Source of the DNA: a virus
Virus record (IMG/VR): IMGVR_UViG_3300045988_083892
Coordinates: 1-38,328 of that record
Length of the DNA stretch: 38,328 bases
Reading direction: 5' to 3' (one strand)
This document shows, piece after piece, positions 37,071 to 38,328 of the stretch (position 1 is its first letter; each line of letters starts with the position of its first letter). The position numbers and the translations under genes are program-made. The notes below the pieces were generated by a model. It worked only from the letters and a program-made list of their open reading frames with translations. It had not been told where the DNA came from and did no database searches.

Positions 37071-37289
37071 TTATGGATGCTTTTTGCTTGGGCGGGATAT
37101 GCCCGCTTTATCCCGGATGGAGCGCAGGCAGGAGGTGACGGAGGATCGGGACAAGTACAGCTCTGCTGCCGCATCCTCGATCGCCCAGCCGCGGCGGCAA
37201 ACCAGATTGAACACGCGCCGCTCCCGGTCGGTGAGATAGCGGCACTGCTCCATTTTCTTGAGCTGCTGGACGGTGTATCGGTATTTCAT
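37071..37289 (-). CDS. Sigma-70 region-4-like HTH protein (candidate late-gene activator)
   Basis: LTDRERRVFNLVCRRGWAIEDAAAELYLSRSSVTSCLRSIRDK matches the sigma r4 / LuxR-type HTH pattern. Only 72 aa. Confidence 0.65.
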   Translation of the reverse strand: MKYRYTVQQLKKMEQCRYLTDRERRVFNLVCRRGWAIEDAAAELYLSRSSVTSCLRSIRDKAGISRPSKKHP

Positions 37290-37342
37290 AATGGGCCTCC
37301 TTTATGAAGTGCCCTTCCCCTTTGACCTACCGATGCAGGGGG

Positions 37343-37543
37343 TCAGGACCCCTGCGCATCTATCATGGCTAACAGCTTTTCCAGATCGTAAAAATTCCGG
37401 GGGTCCAGCCCGGTTTCCCGCTGAATGAGCCGAAAGCGGTAGCGGATGGAGTTGTAGTGCAGGTAAACCGCGCCGCTGGTCTTTTTCATGCTCATGTTGT
37501 TCTCCGCATAGGCTTTCAGAAGTTTTCTGTCCCGATCCTCCAT
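37343..37543 (-). CDS. PucR-C-terminal-like HTH protein
   Basis: AVYLHYNSIRYRFRLIQRETGLDPRNFYDLEKLLAMI resembles the PucR/CdaR C-terminal HTH (hrnT..YRl..i...tG.d). 66 aa. Confidence 0.55.
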   Translation of the reverse strand: MEDRDRKLLKAYAENNMSMKKTSGAVYLHYNSIRYRFRLIQRETGLDPRNFYDLEKLLAMIDAQGS

Positions 37544-37579
37544 AGCTTACCTCCTTTTGTTGCGGGGGGCGGCTGGCGG

Positions 37580-37879
37580 TCAGCCATCCGCACTGGTTTT
37601 TCGCTCGCCGATGCTGCAAAAGCCATCTGGCGGCATTGGTTCGTATGTTTCCCAGCAGATGGAGACGTCACCGGTTCCGGGTCCCCAATCTTTACAGTCC
37701 TTGCAGCGAAGTACCTGCACCACATCGGCGGCAGGCAGCTTTCCGATAGCAATTTCAGCTTCACACAGCTTGCGATACATTGCGTGTTCAAAGCCTTTGA
37801 ATGGCTTAAACTGCCGAAATTCGTTCTCTAATTCGATCAGCAGATTGACCACTTTGCGTTTCTCGATGTACTCATCCAT
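37580..37879 (-). CDS. Small Cys-rich protein, related to 38021..38311
   Basis: Start moved to ATG 37879 behind GGTGGAAAG. It shares AADVVQVLRCKDCKDW ... FCSIGERK with the RCKDCKH ... FCSYSERK protein. Confidence 0.7.
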   Translation of the reverse strand: MDEYIEKRKVVNLLIELENEFRQFKPFKGFEHAMYRKLCEAEIAIGKLPAADVVQVLRCKDCKDWGPGTGDVSICWETYEPMPPDGFCSIGERKTSADG

Positions 37880-37880
37880 C

Positions 37881-38024
37881 TTACTTTCCACCCAACAAGT
37901 ACAGTTTCAGCCACAGGGGGATGTCGGCGGTCAAAATGCTTTTGAAATAAAACACGATAAACGCAATGCCAGCGGCTATAACCAGCGTCCAAAAGGCTAT
38001 CATCAGCCAGTCTTTCAGTTTCAT
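37881..38024 (-). CDS. 47-aa membrane peptide (below the ORF-track cut-off)
   Basis: Hand translation gives MKLKDWLMIAFWTLVIAAGIAFIVFYFKSILTADIPLWLKLYLLGGK. It is coupled by ATGA to the upstream gene and fills the gap exactly. Confidence 0.5.
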   Translation of the reverse strand: MKLKDWLMIAFWTLVIAAGIAFIVFYFKSILTADIPLWLKLYLLGGK

Positions 38025-38311
38025 TCAGCTCCGTCATCCTTTCTCTCGCTGTAACTGCAAAAGAATGTCCTTGTGTCCAGCTCAAACGGCAAAAACGCGA
38101 TGTTTGTTTTGGAGCAAAATGCGTATATATCTTTTCGATTCCACACGCACAAATGCTTACAGTCTTTGCACCGCGTCACGACCACGGCATCCACGGTGGG
38201 GGCTTTTTCAATCAAGCCAAGTAAGCCGTTCCAACCAGCACAATACGCCGCAGGGAGAACATCTTTGCTGCACCGCCCCACGCCCAATTCATCAACATCA
38301 ATCAGCCTCAT
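38021..38311 (-). CDS. Small Cys-rich protein, related to 37580..37879
   Basis: Start set to ATG 38311, 6 nt after GGAGGTG. It contains VVVTRCKDCKHLCVW ... FCSYSERK. Its 5' end lies inside the terminal repeat. Confidence 0.7.
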   Translation of the reverse strand: MRLIDVDELGVGRCSKDVLPAAYCAGWNGLLGLIEKAPTVDAVVVTRCKDCKHLCVWNRKDIYAFCSKTNIAFLPFELDTRTFFCSYSERKDDGAE

Positions 38312-38328
38312 GGTCAGCACCTCCGTCC
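38274..38328. repeat. Right copy of the exact 55-bp direct terminal repeat
   Basis: Identical to 1..55, base for base. Confidence 0.97.

Noticed and set aside
1-38328. Diversity-generating retroelement, retron, CRISPR-Cas system, or a known multi-gene defence system.
   Set aside because: No reverse transcriptase, cas genes, regular repeat-spacer array or recognisable defence ATPase/nuclease pair was seen in any frame. The fibre gene has no nearby template-repeat copy.

Overview
The window is a complete, gene-dense temperate phage genome. Its first 55 bases recur exactly as its last 55 bases, so the unique sequence is 38,273 bp and closes into a circle or is terminally redundant. GC looks high (upper 50s % by eye). 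GGAGG-type ribosome binding sites, a Phage_holin_4-type holin, a cysteine-rich KTR protein and an XkdX-like protein suggest a high-GC Clostridia (Oscillospiraceae-like) host; this is inference.

Layout:
- Leftward early arm, 8576 down to 25 and on through the junction to 38311..35668. It carries a Cro-like regulator, an exonuclease / annealing protein / SSB set, a G39P-like helicase loader, RusA, an orphan C5 methyltransferase, an ASCH protein, many Cys-rich small proteins, and PucR-like and sigma-region-4-like regulators.
- Lysogeny module: cI-like repressor, tyrosine integrase, and a candidate attP with paired arm-type repeats.
- Separate leftward accessory operon containing a J-domain protein.
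- Low-GC GIY-YIG + ribbon-helix-helix gene pair.
- About 970 bp of ORF-poor, repeat-dense sequence ending in tRNA-Asn(GUU).
- Rightward late arm: scaffold, capsid, TerL, a T7 gp12-like nozzle candidate, portal, a fibre with an Asp-box propeller, XkdX-like protein, holin, two-domain endolysin, then 666-aa and 1847-aa virion or ejection-type proteins.

No tube, sheath or tape-measure set is visible, so a podovirus-like virion is inferred.

The least explained signals are:
- the large non-coding block before the tRNA;
- a duplicated palindrome / C-run / (TA)n module at two loci about 10 kb apart;
- a 376-bp T-poor repeat block next to a protein with a RAMP-like glycine-rich C-terminus;
- a 22-nt leader motif present five times;
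- a low-GC domain cassette inside the giant ORF.

All family assignments come from motif recognition by eye. No searches were run.
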